Shown piece after piece: positions 61,031 through 64,000 of a stretch of 64,000 nt of DNA. Below the pieces are notes generated by a model. That model was not told the origin of the DNA. It worked only from the letters and a program-made list of their open reading frames with translations, and did not search any database. The stretch is from Candidatus Eiseniibacteriota bacterium. Its GTDB lineage: Bacteria; Eisenbacteria; RBG-16-71-46. The first letter of the stretch is position 1, and every line of letters starts with the position of its first letter. The position numbers and the translations under genes are program-made. The stretch covers positions 2,944,001 to 3,008,000 of the forward strand of contig OY970178.1 in the NCBI GenBank assembly GCA_963707915.1. Direction: 5' to 3'.

Positions 61031-62494
61031 TCAAGGCTTTGTCAAGGATGCGCCCGCCGGCCGCATGCTCTCCGGCGGATGGGCGACCAGGGCGTCGAGC
61101 GCCGCCTCGTTGATGACCGTCGTCCGGCACGCCGCGCGCGCCCGTGCCACCAGCGCCAGCGTCAGCCGCTCGCCCTCCTCGCCGTTCCAGCGCTGCGCCA
61201 CCAGGTCGCGCACCTCCGCGAACGGACGTCCCCGTCCCGGGACCACCGCGATCACCCGCGCCACCGCCCAGCCCCCCGCCGTCTCGTCCGGGCCCAGCAC
61301 CGCCCCCGGGCCCGCGCGCAGCGCGCGCCCGAAGAGCGCGCTGTCCTCCTCCGCGCTCACGTCCACCGACCACTCCACGCCCGCCCGCCGCGCCCCCGCC
61401 GCCAGGCTCTCCGCCCCCGCCGCCTCCGCCAGGCGCAGCGCCATCGTGCCCGCCTCCGCGCGGCTGCCCAGCACCACGCGCACCAGCCGCACGCGGGTCG
61501 GCAGCATCCAGTGCCGCTCGGTGTCGCGGTAGAAGCGGGACAGCGTGACCGAGTCCGTCGCGATGCGCGCGTAGACCTCGCGGTCGACCAGGCGCGAGAC
61601 GTCGTTGAGGTCGCGCTGGTTCGCGAGCCGCTGCGCGATGTCCGGCCGCTGCTCGAGCCCCCGTCCCGCGCCCTCGCGGCGCAGCAGCTGCTCGAACAGC
61701 CCGTTCATCACCAGCTCGCGCACCTCCTCCGTCGTCGCGACGCGCGGGCGGTAGATCGGGTTCAGCCTGCGCCACGCGGCCAGCAGGTCGCCGGCCCGGA
61801 AGTCGCCGGCGGCGGAGCGCGCCACCACCCGTCCCGTGTCGGTCGGGTCCACGCGGGGGCTGGCGCCGAGCATGCGCAGCTGGGCGACGACCGAGGAGTC
61901 CGCGGTCGGGCGTTCGAGCGCGGCGAAAGCCAGCGCGAGCCGTGCCAGCAGCGGCTCGTCGTAGACCGGCCCGAGCCGCTCCATCGCCCGTTCCCGCGCC
62001 GCCACGCCCAGCGCCTGCCGGTCGAGCGAGTCGCCCGCCGGGCCCAGCGCCCGACGCGTCGCGGAGAGCGCCGAATCCAGCATGACCTCCACCACCAGCC
62101 GGTCACGCAGGGTCTCGAACGAGACGCTCTCGCGGGCCGTCCAGGTCCAGCGCTCGCGGGCAGCCAGCAGGCCCAGCGCCTCCTTGTCGAGCAGAAGCTC
62201 GAGAAACCGCCGCGCCCCGACCGGGGTAAGCGAATCAGGCCTCGCGGGCGGCGCGAGCCGGGACCAGGCGCGGACGAAGGCCGCCCGGCCGATCTCGCGG
62301 CCGGGCTCGCCGGGCCGGCCGCTCCCGATCAACGCCAGGACGCTGTCGGGAAGGCTGACGCCCGGGGCGTGTGCGCCCCGCCGTGGCCGGGCCTCGCCCG
62401 GCCCCGGGAGCAGCGCCGCGGACACCAGGAGCAGCAGGCCGAGGAGCGCCCGGGATGCCCGGGGAAGGGAGCTCGATCTTGCGATGCGCGACAT
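61031..62494 (-). CDS. Second SurA/PrsA-like protein, degenerate PPIase paralog of 54687-56516
   Basis: PDSVLA, FVRAW, FLELLLDKEAL and DTGRVVAR parallel the first paralog (PDTALL, FRQSW, FLTTMADKEVL, DTARVLAR). Confidence 0.65.
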   Translation of the reverse strand: MSRIARSSSLPRASRALLGLLLLVSAALLPGPGEARPRRGAHAPGVSLPDSVLALIGSGRPGEPGREIGRAAFVRAWSRLAPPARPDSLTPVGARRFLELLLDKEALGLLAARERWTWTARESVSFETLRDRLVVEVMLDSALSATRRALGPAGDSLDRQALGVAARERAMERLGPVYDEPLLARLALAFAALERPTADSSVVAQLRMLGASPRVDPTDTGRVVARSAAGDFRAGDLLAAWRRLNPIYRPRVATTEEVRELVMNGLFEQLLRREGAGRGLEQRPDIAQRLANQRDLNDVSRLVDREVYARIATDSVTLSRFYRDTERHWMLPTRVRLVRVVLGSRAEAGTMALRLAEAAGAESLAAGARRAGVEWSVDVSAEEDSALFGRALRAGPGAVLGPDETAGGWAVARVIAVVPGRGRPFAEVRDLVAQRWNGEEGERLTLALVARARAACRTTVINEAALDALVAHPPESMRPAGASLTKP

Positions 62495-62598
62495 GGGGCC
62501 TCCGGGGACGCTTGGGGTCGGCGAGCCGGCAGTCTAGCCCGGTCCGTTCGCGGGTCGCCAGTTGGTCCGGGGCCGCTCCAGCGCCTACGCTGCGGGGC

Positions 62599-63273
62599 GT
62601 GATCGGCCCCCTCGCGGAACCTGCCCTGCTCGGCTTCTCGTCCGGCCTCGTGTGCCTCGCCGCCTGCGGCCCGGTGCTGCTGCCCTGGCTGGCCGCCGAG
62701 GGCGTGGGACTGCGCGGGACCGGCGCGCTGCTCGGCCGCTTCCTCGGCGGGCGGCTCGCGGGCTACCTCGCCTTCGCCACGATGGCCTGGGCGCTCGGTC
62801 TCGCGCTGCCGTTGCCCGCGGGCCTCGAGGCTTGGAGGTTCGGCGCCGTCCACCTGGCGCTCGCCGCGGCCCTCGCGTGGTACGCCCTCTCGACCCTGCG
62901 GCCGCGACCCGCGACGTGCGCGGGCGGGCTCTCCGCCCCGCGCCGCCGCGCCCTGGCGGTGCGCTTCCGCGCGGCCGGTCCGGCCGTGCTGGGGTTCCTC
63001 TCCGGCCTCAACCTCTGCCCGCCGTTCCTCGTGGCCGGGGTGCGCGCCGCGCAGCAGCACAGCCTGCCCGGTGCGCTGGAATTCTTCGCGCTCTTCTTCG
63101 CGGGCACGCTGGTCTGGTTCCTGCCCTTCCTGGGCGTGAGCGCCGTGCGCCGCTTCACCGGCCTGCGGCTGGTCGCGCGCTTCACCACCCTGCTGGTCGC
63201 CGCGTACTACGGCTACCTCGGCAGCGTCACGATGGGAGCGGCGCTTCTCCATGCCTGGCACGAACGCTCCTGA
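62599..63273 (+). CDS. TauE/SafE (DsbD_2-like) membrane protein
   Basis: CLAACGP, GRLAGY, GFLSGLNLCPP and FFAGT; multiple TM helices. Confidence 0.75.
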   Translation: MIGPLAEPALLGFSSGLVCLAACGPVLLPWLAAEGVGLRGTGALLGRFLGGRLAGYLAFATMAWALGLALPLPAGLEAWRFGAVHLALAAALAWYALSTLRPRPATCAGGLSAPRRRALAVRFRAAGPAVLGFLSGLNLCPPFLVAGVRAAQQHSLPGALEFFALFFAGTLVWFLPFLGVSAVRRFTGLRLVARFTTLLVAAYYGYLGSVTMGAALLHAWHERS

Positions 63274-64000
63274 CGCCGGCGCGCCGCCGGGGCTGCGGGT
63301 CCGCGCGCTCTCGCTGGGGCTGCTGGGGGCGGCGGTGCTGGCGGCGTTCGCCGGGGTGCTGCGCAACGGCTGGGTCTTGGTCGACGACCCGGCCTACGTG
63401 ACGCAGAACCCGTACGTCACGGGCGGTCTGACGGCGCGCGGGCTGGGGTGGTTCCTGCGGCAGCCGCACGGCGGCAACTGGCACCCGCTGACCTCGCTGT
63501 CGCACCTGGTCGACGTGCAACTGTTCGGGCTGGCGCCGGCGGGGCACCACGCGGTGAGCCTGGCGCTGCACCTGGTGAACGTGCTGCTGCTGGTGGTGGT
63601 GCTGCAGCGGCTGAGCGGGGCGTGGTGGCGCAGCCTGCTGGTGGGGGCGTTGTTCGGGCTGCACCCGCTGCGGGTCGAGTCGGTGGCGTGGGTGGCGGAG
63701 CGCAAGGACGTGTTGAGCGGGCTGTTCTTCCTGCTGGTGTTGTGGAGCTACGCGCGCTGGGCGGCGCGGCCGGGCGCGGGGCGCTACGCGCTGGTGGTGG
63801 TGGCGCTGGGGCTGGGACTGATGTCGAAGCCGATGCTGGTGACGGTGCCGTGCGTGCTGGTGCTGGTGGACGTGTGGCCGCTGGGGCGGCTGCGGGGCGG
63901 GTGGCGTGGGGCGGGCGGCGCGGGGGCGCGGCCGCTGGCGGGGCTGGTGGCGGAGAAGTGGCCGCTGTTCGCGCTGGCGGCGGCGGCGGCGGTGGTGACC
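63251..64000 (+). CDS. Partial TMTC-like (GT-C fold) membrane glycosyltransferase, runs off the window end
   Basis: Manual translation from ATG 63251: VDDPAYVTQNP, NWHPLTSLSH, GHHAVSLALH, LHPLRVESVAWVAERKDVL and SKPMLVT; absent from the ORF track because it has no stop. Confidence 0.85.
   Translation, partial: MPGTNAPDAGAPPGLRVRALSLGLLGAAVLAAFAGVLRNGWVLVDDPAYVTQNPYVTGGLTARGLGWFLRQPHGGNWHPLTSLSHLVDVQLFGLAPAGHHAVSLALHLVNVLLLVVVLQRLSGAWWRSLLVGALFGLHPLRVESVAWVAERKDVLSGLFFLLVLWSYARWAARPGAGRYALVVVALGLGLMSKPMLVTVPCVLVLVDVWPLGRLRGGWRGAGGAGARPLAGLVAEKWPLFALAAAAAVVT

Overview
Very GC-rich bacterial chromosome segment. The T9SS-like/FlgD-Ig C-terminal domains, the TWGxxKxxY tails and the gene content suggest an FCB-group candidate lineage such as Ca. 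Eisenbacteria (inference, not verified). Core genes: ppdK, smpB, amidase-GerMN-murI-rph-rdgB, pyk, ssb, tmRNA, yggS-yggT-DUF167-PNP-DksA/TraR-lspA-RluA family-ruvX-mltG, larE and five tRNAs (Leu-CAG, His-GTG, Arg-TCT, Pro-TGG, Val-TAC). Interleaved are many envelope or secreted proteins: paralogous lipoproteins, an S8 protease, a doubly inactivated M16 pair, lamin-tail proteins, beta-propellers, a sigma54-driven minor pilin cassette, SurA-like PPIases, an RND pump and a partial TMTC-like glycosyltransferase. No integrase, transposase, prophage or CRISPR array was seen. Most interesting: (1) a candidate dockerin plus cohesin-like surface-protein cluster (51185-54563) with paired orphan Shine-Dalgarno leader motifs; (2) a 10-residue C-terminal TWG[RQ]hKx[LR]Y[RK] tail on four secreted proteins with three different passenger folds; (3) a membrane-protein gene whose stop codon lies inside tRNA-Val; (4) a periplasmic M16 pair lacking catalytic residues and fused to a LolA-like domain. 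All family assignments come from motif recognition by eye; no database searches were run.
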